DNA from: Bryobacterales bacterium
GTDB taxonomy: Bacteria; Acidobacteriota; Terriglobia; Bryobacterales; UBA6623
Assembly: GCA_965116065.1 (NCBI GenBank)
Contig: OZ220485.1
Span: 3,760,347-3,824,346 of the forward strand
Reading direction: 5' to 3'
DNA: 64,000 bases
The notes below the pieces were generated by a model. That model made no database searches and was not told the origin of the DNA. It saw nothing but the letters and a program-made list of their open reading frames with translations. Below, in pieces: positions 12,582 through 21,786 of the stretch. The stretch's first letter is position 1; every line of letters starts with the position of its first letter. Made by a program: the position numbers and the translations under genes.

Positions 12582-12827
12582 TCAGAGGTGTCGACACACC
12601 GCTTCGTGTCGGAGACGTTCCCCCTCATGGTCGACGAACTCGAGGTCGCAAGTGGCGCAATATCGAACAGGCAGGTCGACTTTCAAAGTAACCGCAGAAT
12701 CGCCCGAACCGTACTCGAACTCGTCGCACCGGACGGACATTTCGATAGCCCCACTAGCACACAGTGGGCACTCGAGTTCATCCGATGCTCTTCTTCCTGA
12801 GGACCTCGTCATTTCTTCCGGTGCCAT
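12582..12827 (-). CDS. YgiT/MqsA-type zinc-ribbon protein (putative antitoxin, no HTH domain)
   Basis: CPLC...(x37)...CATC zinc-ribbon with the YgiT-like layout (CPLCASGAIEMSVRCDEFEYGSG...VRYCATCDLEFV). I chose ATG 12827 (AAGGGA about 10 nt upstream), which lies 14 nt past the upstream gene's stop. The track ORF extends to 12893. Confidence 0.6.
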   Translation of the reverse strand: MAPEEMTRSSGRRASDELECPLCASGAIEMSVRCDEFEYGSGDSAVTLKVDLPVRYCATCDLEFVDHEGERLRHEAVCRHL

Positions 12828-12841
12828 GTTCCGTCGTCCCT

Positions 12842-13210
12842 TCACCCTCGTTCGGAGTGGCGGAAGTTCCGCCCATATGCCTTGCTCAGCCACAGTTCCA
12901 GCTTCACGTGGAGCTTGGTCGATGCCGACCCGGGGTCTGTGCCCATGACATAGCCCGTCGCATCTGGCCGTATCTTCAAATCGACCACTTCCACTTCCTT
13001 TCCAACCTCAAGATGCGATGCGATGAACTCCCATGCCGTCATGTCGGTGAGAAGAGCATCATCGCGTTTGGATACACCACCTGCTCTGATCGCCAATCCG
13101 TTCGGCCTCGACTCTAAGAGCCGTGGCTTCGCTTCTTCGAGCGGGCCCAGTCGATCAGTTGTCGTCTTGTGGGCCAACTGATCGCAGAGCTTCGCTCCCG
13201 GAATCTCCAC
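12842..13210 (-). CDS. Putative toxin partner of the zinc-ribbon protein (loosely MqsR-like), family uncertain
   Basis: 122-aa ORF with a GTG start and GGAG 9 nt upstream, immediately upstream of the YgiT-type gene (toxin-first order as in mqsRA). The C-terminal KLHVKLELW...RNFRHSE only loosely recalls the MqsR tail. Confidence 0.4.
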   Translation of the reverse strand: MEIPGAKLCDQLAHKTTTDRLGPLEEAKPRLLESRPNGLAIRAGGVSKRDDALLTDMTAWEFIASHLEVGKEVEVVDLKIRPDATGYVMGTDPGSASTKLHVKLELWLSKAYGRNFRHSERG

Positions 13211-13692
13211 GATTGCTCACTCCTCACAACACCTATCATATGGTTCATTTCGTCGAGCCATATCAAGTAAGTCGGCCTGACTCCGGGATATACACGTCAA
13301 GAAACTGATTCACAACGCCTTGCGGAACTCGTGCCGCGTTAAGAAAGGGCTGGGTCTCCGCAGTGCGACGACTCAGGACCGGTCACCGGACATCGGGCAA
13401 CTGTGCTGGGCTATGACCTTTCTCGGCTGCGGTGTACAATCAGCCGGAAGCCGGACAGTGTCCCGTCACGGACTTGTGTCTGGCGGGAGTGCGACTCGCT
13501 GGCAGGCGGTGGGCCGCCTCGTCCCGTCTGTTCTGCTGCCAGCAGGGACCACAACGGTATGTGGCTGGGATCCTGCAACTGGGGGAGACGACCGTAGCCC
13601 TGACTACACGTCACCAAGCAATCGGCGCCGAGGCGCATCCCGCTGGCGCCCACGGCGGCTGGTCCCGGTCGTCCGTAACTGAGGAGAAGTCC

Positions 13693-15315
13693 ATGCAAAG
13701 ACAGGTCATGGTACTCGCGCTGCTGCTTGTCAGCACACCATTACTGTCGGGTCGGCCCAATATCGTCTTCATGATGGCCGATGACCTGGGCATCGGTGAC
13801 GTGAAGTGCTACGGCGGGGACCGCTGCAAGACGAGCACGCCATCGATCGACTCGCTCGCGCGGGACGGAATGCTCTTCACGGACGCCCATTCGGTGGCAT
13901 CCGTCTGCGTTCCGTCCCGGATCGCCATCATGACCGGTCGCTACGCGTGGCGGTTCTCCCGCCCGACCCGCAACGGACCATGGGGATTTCTCAACCCTCA
14001 GCTATCACCTGGAACCTCCACGCTGGGCACCATGCTGCAAGGTGCCGGATACCGCACCGGATACGTCGGCAAGTGGCACTTGGGCACGCTGATGCAGACC
14101 ACGGACCGCGAGAACCAGGGACTGGACAACGTGGACTATGACCGTCCGCTCCGGGTGGGCCCGAACGACTACGGATTCGACTACTCCTTCATCCTTCCCG
14201 GCTCCCTCGACATGTACCCCTACGTGTTCGTCCGCAACGGCCACTTCCAAGGGCGTGTCACCGCGCGGAAGGGCTGGAGTGCATTCAACCGGATCGGCCC
14301 GGCCGCCGAGGACTTCGAGGACTTCAGAGTCCTGGATGTGTTCGCCACCGAAGCAGAGCAGTTTATCAGGCGAAACGCGGCGTCGGCCCGCGATGGCCAG
14401 CCGTTCTTCCTATACGTGGCTTTGACATCTCCGCATACGCCGACCAGCCCGAGCGAGGACTTCGAAGGAACCAGCTCAATCGGACTCTACGGCGACTTTG
14501 TCGAGGAAACCGACGCCACGATGGGTCGTGTACTTGAGGCGCTGGAGCAGCACGGTCTGACCGACAACACCCTGGTTGTCGCTACATCGGACCATGGCGC
14601 GGCCCCCTACGCCGGGAACATCCGCAAGGCCACTGCGGGCCAGATCCACGATCTGGAAGAACTTGGCCATTACTCCAGCAGTATCTATCGTGGCTACAAG
14701 TTCACGGTGTTCGAGGGCGGCCTCCGCATTCCCTTCGTCGTTCGCTGGCCCGGTACCGTCGACCCCGGCACTCGCTGCGACCGTCTGGTGGGACTGAATG
14801 ACGTCCCGGCAACATTCGCCGAGGCGGCTGGTGTCGAGGCGCAGCCCGGAGCCAACCCGGACTCGTTCAGCATCCTGCACCTGCTCAGGGAGCCGTCAGC
14901 GTCGGCCCCGCATCGGGCTCTGGTGATGCAATCGCCGCAGGCATTCGCAGTCCGTTCCGGCCAATGGAAGCTCACACTGACTCCCGGCAGTGGTGCGCGT
15001 GGACTGTGGGGCACGAAACCCGTCCCGGAGCAGGCATGGGGAGACGCACTGCAAGCATTTGGTCGCAAACCCACCACAACGGATCTCCGACAAGCACCCT
15101 TCGTCCAGTTGTTCGACTTGCAGGCGGATGTGGGAGAGACAACGAATATCGCGGCCGACCATCCCGAAATCGTGGACCAGCTCGGTCGGGAACTCGATCG
15201 TCTGATCACACGAGGACGCAGCACGCCCGGGCCCTCACTCCCGAACGACGTGGAATCGGTGGATGTGCATCGGAACGCCAACCAGTGGATCCGGAAACTC
15301 TCCGGCTCCTACTGA
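13693..15315 (+). CDS. Arylsulfatase (Cys-type, secreted)
   Basis: I chose ATG 13693 (GAGGAGAA upstream; MQRQVMVLALLLVSTPLLSG signal); the track ORF starts at 13432. It has NIVFMMADDLG and the sulfatase signature CVPSRIAIMTGR. Confidence 0.85.
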   Translation: MQRQVMVLALLLVSTPLLSGRPNIVFMMADDLGIGDVKCYGGDRCKTSTPSIDSLARDGMLFTDAHSVASVCVPSRIAIMTGRYAWRFSRPTRNGPWGFLNPQLSPGTSTLGTMLQGAGYRTGYVGKWHLGTLMQTTDRENQGLDNVDYDRPLRVGPNDYGFDYSFILPGSLDMYPYVFVRNGHFQGRVTARKGWSAFNRIGPAAEDFEDFRVLDVFATEAEQFIRRNAASARDGQPFFLYVALTSPHTPTSPSEDFEGTSSIGLYGDFVEETDATMGRVLEALEQHGLTDNTLVVATSDHGAAPYAGNIRKATAGQIHDLEELGHYSSSIYRGYKFTVFEGGLRIPFVVRWPGTVDPGTRCDRLVGLNDVPATFAEAAGVEAQPGANPDSFSILHLLREPSASAPHRALVMQSPQAFAVRSGQWKLTLTPGSGARGLWGTKPVPEQAWGDALQAFGRKPTTTDLRQAPFVQLFDLQADVGETTNIAADHPEIVDQLGRELDRLITRGRSTPGPSLPNDVESVDVHRNANQWIRKLSGSY

Positions 15316-15407
15316 GTTGAACGGTGGAAAATGCACTGGATCGTGAGGCGGAACGCGGTACCCCTGGCCACAGGCTGGGCCGGACCCTATGCCAAACTGG
15401 GCGAACG

Positions 15408-16622
15408 ATGCGATTTGACGAAGCAGCCAACAGAGTGCGCGTCGCGGAACTGCGCCGACGCGGGGTGGACGTGTGGGGTCCCGAGCGCGTGTACGTGGAC
15501 GAGAATGTCCAACTGGACCGGATCGAGCCAGGCGCCGTCATCCGCCAGGCTTCGCTCTCCGGTCCGCACCTGAGCATCGCTACCGGTGCCGAGATCGGTA
15601 CGTCCGGTCATGCTGAGGTGAACGATTGCCAGATCGGCACCGGTGTGCAACTGGGCTCCGGGCTGTACATGGGGGCGACTCTGCTCGAGGGTGTGAAGGT
15701 CCGTGGATTTGCCGAAATCCGGCCGCACACCCTGCTGGAGGAACAGGCGGAAGCGGCCCACTCGGTGGCCCTGAAGAACACGACGTTCACGGCCTGCTGC
15801 GTCGCCGGATCGCTGATCAACTTCTGCGACATATTCGTCAGCGGCGGCACATCAAGGGAGGATCACACGGAAGTGGGCTCTGGAGCGATCCACTACAATT
15901 TCGATCCCCGTGGCGACAAGTGGGGCAGCTTGATCGGCGAAATCCGGGGCGTGCTGCTGCGGTCCGCACCAGTATTCGTCGGCGGACATTGCGGCATCGT
16001 GGGCCCTGTGACGATCGGACTCGGCGCCATCACCGCCGCGGGTTCCACCATTCGCAGGAACGTGCCGGAAGGTACGCTCTACGGGTCGGCTGCAAAGGAC
16101 ATCTCGCTCCCCGACTTCGACCGCACCGCATCCAGGTCGATGACGGGCAGGCTGCGGACCACAGTGCAGTTGATCTCCACGCTGCACGCTCTGGACGCCT
16201 GGTACCGATTCGTGCGGATCCCTCATGCCCGAGGCAACGAAGGGAGGCTCTACGACGCAGCCCGGCGGCGCATAGGCGCCCAGATCGACGAGCGGATCGT
16301 ACGGCTCGACCGGGCAGTTGACAGCCTTCGGGCGGCCCTTCCCCGGCAGACGAACGGCCCCGCCGGCGGGGGGCCACAGGGAGATCACGTCCGCCTGGTC
16401 AGGAACTGGCCCGAATTGCGAACGATCTTGCATCGGGCCGGAGACCCCGGCCCCCCTCCCGCGAGATTCCTTGAATGCTATTCCCGCAGTCGACAAGAAG
16501 GCCAGAGCCATCTGGCTTCGATCCGGGGAGCGGCACCGGTTGCGGACATGGCCGAAAACTGGCTCAACGACCATGTCACGGACATCCAGGATCTCTTCGT
16601 CAGCGCGGTCGAGACCGAATGA
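15408..16622 (+). CDS. Left-handed beta-helix (hexapeptide-repeat) protein, GlmU C-terminal-like, with helical C-terminal extension
   Basis: Repetitive hexapeptide-like stretches (IGTGVQLGSGLYMG..., VGSGAIHYNF, VGGHCGIVGPVTIGLGAITAAGSTI). The start is uncertain: ATG 15408 or GTG 15324. The function is not assignable from sequence alone. Confidence 0.5.
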   Translation: MRFDEAANRVRVAELRRRGVDVWGPERVYVDENVQLDRIEPGAVIRQASLSGPHLSIATGAEIGTSGHAEVNDCQIGTGVQLGSGLYMGATLLEGVKVRGFAEIRPHTLLEEQAEAAHSVALKNTTFTACCVAGSLINFCDIFVSGGTSREDHTEVGSGAIHYNFDPRGDKWGSLIGEIRGVLLRSAPVFVGGHCGIVGPVTIGLGAITAAGSTIRRNVPEGTLYGSAAKDISLPDFDRTASRSMTGRLRTTVQLISTLHALDAWYRFVRIPHARGNEGRLYDAARRRIGAQIDERIVRLDRAVDSLRAALPRQTNGPAGGGPQGDHVRLVRNWPELRTILHRAGDPGPPPARFLECYSRSRQEGQSHLASIRGAAPVADMAENWLNDHVTDIQDLFVSAVETE

Positions 16623-16955
16623 AGCTCGCCGGGAATTCAAGCTCCCCCGGCGAAGGCTCTTCCGGACCACCTCGCCCCCGGGGAGGTTGATGCAGCCGTC
16701 CGGTCCTGGCCCGCATCATCGGGTGCATCGTCGCTTCATGTCCGGCTGGAGGGACACTCGTCGAGTGGATACCTGGACTCCGGGTCCTTCGCCAGCGGGC
16801 GGACTGCCGCACGTCTCCGCGACACGTCGCCCGGAGCACTTCATGGCAGCAGGCGCCATCAGTGACCGTGACCAAATCCAAGGCTTCGTGCGGCACGCAG
16901 CGGAGTACATCCAGCGGCACGGCCCGGCGAGCGCCGGGGAGACCGCTCGCTGCCT

Positions 16956-18173
16956 CTAGTTCCGGACCAGCCGAAAGGTCCCGTAGTGGTAGGGGTAGCC
17001 TTCGCGGAACCAGTTCCGGAAGGTCCGCCGAATCAACGGCAGGGCCGTGCGCTGGGAGCCCCCTTTCAGAACGTAGTGCGTGTCATCGAAGAACGCTGCC
17101 GAATAATCCGGATAGAACGGATAGGGATCGAACCCCGGAAAAGGCCGGAGCAAGGCGGAGGTCCACTCCCATCCGTTACCGACCATCTGGGAGACGCCGA
17201 AGCAACTGTCTCCGTCCGGTGACGCCGTCACCGCACACGGATCCCACCGGACGAGGTTGACGTTGGCGTGGCGCGGTTCCGGTGACTCGGTTCCCCAGGG
17301 AAAGCTGGTGGACCCCGATGGAGCCGACCCGAACGCGGCACGGTCCCACTGCGCCTCCGAAGGCAGAGCCGCTCCGGATCGCCCGGCAAACTCCCGCGCC
17401 TCCTGGTGGGTCACATGCACCGGCCAATCCAGTGGAAGGGAAATCTCGCCGGACATCGTGCGCAGCGTCCAACCCCGCTCGCTGCGCCGCCAGTAGTGTG
17501 GCGGCTTGCCACCATCCTCGACGAAGCGGAGATACTCCCCGTTGGTGACCTTGTGTTTGCGGACGGAGAACGGAGCAATGTCCAAGCAGTGTTCCCCGAA
17601 CTCGTTGTCCCACCCGAACCCCGTCCCGCGCGCTCGGCCGAGTGTCGCCGTGCCGCGCGGAACGTCGATCCACTGTTCGGTCGGCGGCGGCACGGACGGC
17701 GCGGCATCGGGACCGCCATCGGGCTCGATCAGCTTGTGGGACGGATCGAGATTGTGCAGCAGGTAGCACAGGGTCTCTGCATGCATGAGGCGGTGCTCGA
17801 TGCAAACACGGGCAACATCCTCCGGCACGGTGTCGAACACTCCGTCGACGGTCCTGCGGACAAGCTGGCAGTAGGCCCGGGTTTCTGCCAGACCGGGCCA
17901 GTCTTCCGGAACATCGGAAGGCAGGTCACTCGCATCCGGGTCGATGCCGAACGCGAACAGCGCATCAAGTTCGACGTTGACCGAGTCCCCGCCCAACGCA
18001 TGACGGCAGATCATGTTGGCATCGAACGCCTCGAGATGGCCAAGGTAGAAATTCAGCCGATGCCGTTCCGGCACCGGTCGGACAAACAGCGAAGCGGGCC
18101 GGACCAAGGCAAACAGGGCGTCGGTGCAGTCCCTCGCCTCCTGCAAGCTTCTCAACTGGGCAGTCGAACTCAC
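16956..18173 (-). CDS. egtB: EgtB-type sulfoxide synthase (DinB_2 + FGE-sulfatase domains)
   Basis: 405 aa. It has an N-terminal DinB-like segment (FYLGHLEAFD) and a C-terminal FGE/SUMF1-like domain (GNGWEWT...VLKGGS). It is divergently adjacent to egtD. Confidence 0.75.
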   Translation of the reverse strand: MSSTAQLRSLQEARDCTDALFALVRPASLFVRPVPERHRLNFYLGHLEAFDANMICRHALGGDSVNVELDALFAFGIDPDASDLPSDVPEDWPGLAETRAYCQLVRRTVDGVFDTVPEDVARVCIEHRLMHAETLCYLLHNLDPSHKLIEPDGGPDAAPSVPPPTEQWIDVPRGTATLGRARGTGFGWDNEFGEHCLDIAPFSVRKHKVTNGEYLRFVEDGGKPPHYWRRSERGWTLRTMSGEISLPLDWPVHVTHQEAREFAGRSGAALPSEAQWDRAAFGSAPSGSTSFPWGTESPEPRHANVNLVRWDPCAVTASPDGDSCFGVSQMVGNGWEWTSALLRPFPGFDPYPFYPDYSAAFFDDTHYVLKGGSQRTALPLIRRTFRNWFREGYPYHYGTFRLVRN

Positions 18174-18222
18174 GCCTTACATTATCGGCAATCCCGGCCT
18201 GGCCCCCGGAATTGACCCAGCA

Positions 18223-18231
18223 TGCTATAAA
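18223..18231 (+). promoter_or_regulatory. Extended -10-like element TGCTATAAA, 7 nt upstream of egtD ATG (leaderless-type arrangement)
   Basis: An AT-only hexamer in a GC-rich intergenic region, with a TGn extension and 7 nt between the hexamer end (18231) and ATG 18239. Confidence 0.4.
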
Positions 18232-18238
18232 CGGCCGA

Positions 18239-19198
18239 ATGGACAACGGTAATCCCCTTGCGTCCGACTTTGCGCGTGACGTGCGGACCGGTCTTTGCAG
18301 GGAAACTCGCAAGTGCCTTCCTGCCAAGTATCTGTACGACGATGTCGGAGCCGCCTTATTCGAAGCGATCACGCGCCTGCCCGAATACGGTCTGGCGAGG
18401 GCGGACGAACGGGTCGTCAACGACTGCGCGACGATTCTCCCGGCCTGCCTCGCTGCACCCGAGGTCATCGTGACGGAACTGGGAAGCGGAAGTGGCTCGA
18501 AGACCCGCCGGATCCTGGAGGCGTTTCCGCAGGGCCGTGTGCTCGAGTACCATCCCATCGACATATCGCAGGAGTCCCTGGCCCTCTGCCAGCGCCGACT
18601 GGACGGTCTCGTCCCGGTGAAACCCTTCCACGGGACCTACTCGGACGGACTGGACGCACTCAGCCGGTCGCGGCCGACGGATGTCCCGATGCTCCTGCTG
18701 TTCCTCGGCAGCAGCATCGGCAACCTCGATCCTGCCGAACGATCATCCTTCCTGGCCCACTTGCATGCGCACCTGCTGCCCGGAGACTGGATACTGCTGG
18801 GATTCGACCTGATGACATGCCGCGATCGCCTGCTCAAGGCCTACGACGATCCGGCCGGCGTCACGGCTGCCTTCAACCGCAACGTGCTCGGGCGCGTCAA
18901 CCGCGAACTTGCGGGGGATTTCGACATCACGTCCTTCGGCTATGTCGTCCGCTACGACGAGACGCAGCGTCGAGTCGAGATGCACCTGCGCTCGGACCGC
19001 GATCAACAGGTCGTGATTCCGGGAGCCGGAGCGACTTGTCGGCTCCGGCACGGCGAGACCATCTGGACCGAAAGTTCGTACAAGTTCCGGCCGGCAGACG
19101 TGCATCGGGAACTGGCAACCGCCGGGTTCGCACCTGTCGAGGAGTGGATCGATGACGAGTGGCCGGTCCTGGAAGGACTGTGGACGATCGGCGGCTGA
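18239..19198 (+). CDS. egtD: L-histidine N-alpha-methyltransferase
   Basis: DVRTGL...KCLPAKYLYDDVGAALFEAITRLPEYG, the SAM motif ELGSGSGSKTR and SSYKF. I chose ATG 18239 because TGCTATAAA (an extended -10) ends 7 nt upstream; the track ORF starts at 18212. Confidence 0.85.
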   Translation: MDNGNPLASDFARDVRTGLCRETRKCLPAKYLYDDVGAALFEAITRLPEYGLARADERVVNDCATILPACLAAPEVIVTELGSGSGSKTRRILEAFPQGRVLEYHPIDISQESLALCQRRLDGLVPVKPFHGTYSDGLDALSRSRPTDVPMLLLFLGSSIGNLDPAERSSFLAHLHAHLLPGDWILLGFDLMTCRDRLLKAYDDPAGVTAAFNRNVLGRVNRELAGDFDITSFGYVVRYDETQRRVEMHLRSDRDQQVVIPGAGATCRLRHGETIWTESSYKFRPADVHRELATAGFAPVEEWIDDEWPVLEGLWTIGG

Positions 19199-19207
19199 AT
19201 ACCGGAA

Positions 19208-20365
19208 TCAGATCAGTATTTCGGGGATTCTCTCGCCGAGCATGTCGCCGCCCGGAACACCCAGCAGCGCCGTCGCCGTCGCGGCGATATCGACATGCGC
19301 GATCGGACGATCCGTCTCGCCGCGGTCCAGTCCCGCACCCAGCGCCAGCATCCAGACGTTCCGGCAGGAGGGATCGCCGCTCCGATGATTGAGGAATCCG
19401 TTGGCGGTATCCCGGTCCCCGTCGCGCCCCAGTTCGGGCAGGATCAGCAGAGTCGTCCGGTCCCTGTAGGACGGGTTCGCCTGGACCTCGTCCCACAGCA
19501 TGCCGCACAGTCGGTCGGTCTTGGTGACGGCTTGCAGGTAGAGCGAGTACGCACCCCAGTGCGCCACATCCATGTCCCAGAAATTCACGAGCAGCAGGCG
19601 CGGAGCAAACTCACGCATGACCTCCCGCGCCACGAAGAACGTCAACTCGTCCCCCGAATTCGGAGCTTCCGGCCCGTAGATGTACTCCACCAATCCCCTC
19701 TTGAGCGTCTCCCTGACCTGCCGGTCGAGTTGGCGACCGGCCCGGAAGATCGTCCACCCGATGCCCTCGTAGCCGGCGTTGAGAATGCCCTCGAGCTGCC
19801 GCAGCACGTTCTCGCGGGCCGCAACGCCCTGGTCAAGGTCCCGCTTGATCACCTCGTCAACGGCCTCGAGCAGCAACTGCTTCGGCAGTACGACATTCGC
19901 TCCGAAGTCCTCTCCGTAACCGCGAGACCTTGTCGCACCCACGGATGCGAAGCTCTTGTTGGTGCAGATGGCCCACGCGTCGGTCGCCGGACGGTCCGTA
20001 GCCTTGCGGTAGTACTCGAAGATGGTAGGGCTTGCCGCCCGGTCGAAACCGAAGTCGTCCACTCGCTGCCAGTTCCCCGTCACGATGCTGGACGTCGAGT
20101 TGTAATGCGACAGAACGCCGCTGTTCACGCAGTTCGCAAAGAACCGGCCTTCGGCTTTCAGGCCGGCAAGCCGCGGAATATTGCGCAGCCCTTGCGGCGT
20201 GAAGGTCTCCTGATACCGGCAGCCGCCACCGAACGTGACCACGATGAGGTTGCGGTCAGATGGCAGTGGCTCCTGCTCTTGGGCGCGAAGCCAGTGCGGT
20301 GTCAGCCTCTCGGCGATGGCCAGACCCGCGAGTCGGAGGAAGTCCCGCTTCGGAAGCCGGAGCAT
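19208..20365 (-). CDS. DUF1501-like (alkaline-phosphatase/sulfatase superfamily) protein with Tat-like signal
   Basis: 385 aa. N-terminal KRDFLRLAGLA, LIVVTFGGGCR, and a C-terminal ELGRDGD...NHRSGD...LALGAG...HVDIAATATALLG matching the DUF1501 layout as I recall it. Its start overlaps the upstream gene's stop (TGATG). Confidence 0.5.
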   Translation of the reverse strand: MLRLPKRDFLRLAGLAIAERLTPHWLRAQEQEPLPSDRNLIVVTFGGGCRYQETFTPQGLRNIPRLAGLKAEGRFFANCVNSGVLSHYNSTSSIVTGNWQRVDDFGFDRAASPTIFEYYRKATDRPATDAWAICTNKSFASVGATRSRGYGEDFGANVVLPKQLLLEAVDEVIKRDLDQGVAARENVLRQLEGILNAGYEGIGWTIFRAGRQLDRQVRETLKRGLVEYIYGPEAPNSGDELTFFVAREVMREFAPRLLLVNFWDMDVAHWGAYSLYLQAVTKTDRLCGMLWDEVQANPSYRDRTTLLILPELGRDGDRDTANGFLNHRSGDPSCRNVWMLALGAGLDRGETDRPIAHVDIAATATALLGVPGGDMLGERIPEILI

Positions 20366-21048
20366 CAGTACTCGACGATCTCGCCGCCCGCGATCTTCCT
20401 GCGCTCGTTCGGGCCGATGTCCAGCGGGTGGTCGTAGCCGGCGAGAATTCGCCCCGATGGGGAGTAATACGGGCCGATGTCACAGGCCATCGAGCCGGCA
20501 CCCTGCTCCACGAACGTGATCCTGGTGATGAGCTTGGCGGACTTGTAACCGTACTTCGAGGGAGCGAGCAGCCGGAGAGGCGCACCATGCTGGTCGGTCA
20601 GGGGTCTGCCCGCCATCTTCAGGCACAGCATGACACCGGGCTCGGCCATCTCCTCCAGGGACATGTACTCGTACCATTTGTCCGCGCAGTCGATGCGCAC
20701 CGCGGTTGCGCCATCAAGTGGCTTGACGTCCTCCACCAGATTCCCGAACCGGAAGCCGCCCCACGTGGTCCGTGCGGACCAGCACTGCACGCACTTCAGT
20801 CGCGTCGACTGGTCGACCTGCGGGTAACCGCGCAGGTCCGGGACCGTCAGGGAGAGCGGTCTCTCCACCATCCCGCCCACCTCCAGCCGATAGGCGTCCT
20901 GGTCAATCGGCGGCACGGGGTTGTACCACATGATCCGGAAACCCATTTCATCGGGTGTATCGGTCGGCAGCAGAACGCGGCTCTGCCCCGCTGCCCGCGA
21001 AGCGGCCGCCAGCGAGGAGGAAACCGCCAGGAATCTCCTTCGATCCAT
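20365..21048 (-). CDS. Molybdopterin-dependent oxidoreductase (sulfite-oxidase/YedY-like Moco domain) with Tat signal
   Basis: 227 aa. MDRRRFLAVSSSLAAAS, YRLEVGGMVERPLSLTVPDL, KCVQCWS, and PLRLLAPSKYGYKSAKLITRI. Confidence 0.8.
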   Translation of the reverse strand: MDRRRFLAVSSSLAAASRAAGQSRVLLPTDTPDEMGFRIMWYNPVPPIDQDAYRLEVGGMVERPLSLTVPDLRGYPQVDQSTRLKCVQCWSARTTWGGFRFGNLVEDVKPLDGATAVRIDCADKWYEYMSLEEMAEPGVMLCLKMAGRPLTDQHGAPLRLLAPSKYGYKSAKLITRITFVEQGAGSMACDIGPYYSPSGRILAGYDHPLDIGPNERRKIAGGEIVEY

Positions 21049-21087
21049 GCCTGCCCTGAGTCTAGCAACACCGGCCGCAGCCGACGA

Positions 21088-21777
21088 CTACTCGGGATCG
21101 AATATGTACCCGTGGCCATGGACGGTGACGATCCAGCGCGGATTCCTGGGGTCGTCCTCGATCTTCTGCCGAAGCCATCCGATGTGGACGTCAACCGTGC
21201 GGGTGGACAGCCCGGCCCTGTAGTGCCAGACTTCACGCAGCAGGACCTCCCGTGTATGAGCCTGCCGAGGATGACGAACGAAGTACAGCAGGAGCTGGAA
21301 CTCCTTCGCAGAGATCTGGAGCCGCTTCCGGCCCTTGAACACCGCGAACTGCTTCACGTCCACGACCGTGTCACCGAACTCGTGCACCGGCGGCAGATTC
21401 TCGTCCGCATTCATGCGTTCGCGACGCAGGATGGCCTCGATGCGTGCAATGAGTTCCAGCATTTCGAACGGCTTCACCAGATAGTCGTCCGCCCCGGTCT
21501 TCAGGCCTCCCACCCGATCCATCAGTTGTCCCTTGGCCGTCAGCATCAGGATCGGCGTCATGACACCCCTCTTCCGCAGATCCCTGCAGACATCAAGTCC
21601 CGGCTTCTTCGGCAGCAGCAGGTCGAGCACGATCAGGTCGATTCCGCCGTCCAGTGCGCGCTCGTAGCCCTGTAGGCCGTTCTCCGCCGTCTCCACGTCG
21701 AATCCTTCGGCACACAGACGATCCTCAATGGTCATGCGGATACCGGCCTCGTCTTCGATCAGCAGAATGCGCTCCAT
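21088..21777 (-). CDS. OmpR-family response regulator
   Basis: 229 aa. Receiver domain (ILLIEDE...DLIVLDLLLP...MLTAKG) plus a winged-helix domain (FQLLLYFVRHP...TVDVHIGWLRQKIE...GYIF). Confidence 0.9.
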   Translation of the reverse strand: MERILLIEDEAGIRMTIEDRLCAEGFDVETAENGLQGYERALDGGIDLIVLDLLLPKKPGLDVCRDLRKRGVMTPILMLTAKGQLMDRVGGLKTGADDYLVKPFEMLELIARIEAILRRERMNADENLPPVHEFGDTVVDVKQFAVFKGRKRLQISAKEFQLLLYFVRHPRQAHTREVLLREVWHYRAGLSTRTVDVHIGWLRQKIEDDPRNPRWIVTVHGHGYIFDPE

Positions 21778-21786
21778 GGAACCGAT

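Noticed and set aside
16956-18173. Whether the FGE-domain protein is the formylglycine-generating enzyme that matures the nearby Cys-type sulfatase (13693..15315).
   Set aside because: It has an N-terminal DinB_2 domain and is divergently paired with an EgtD methyltransferase, which together define EgtB rather than FGE.
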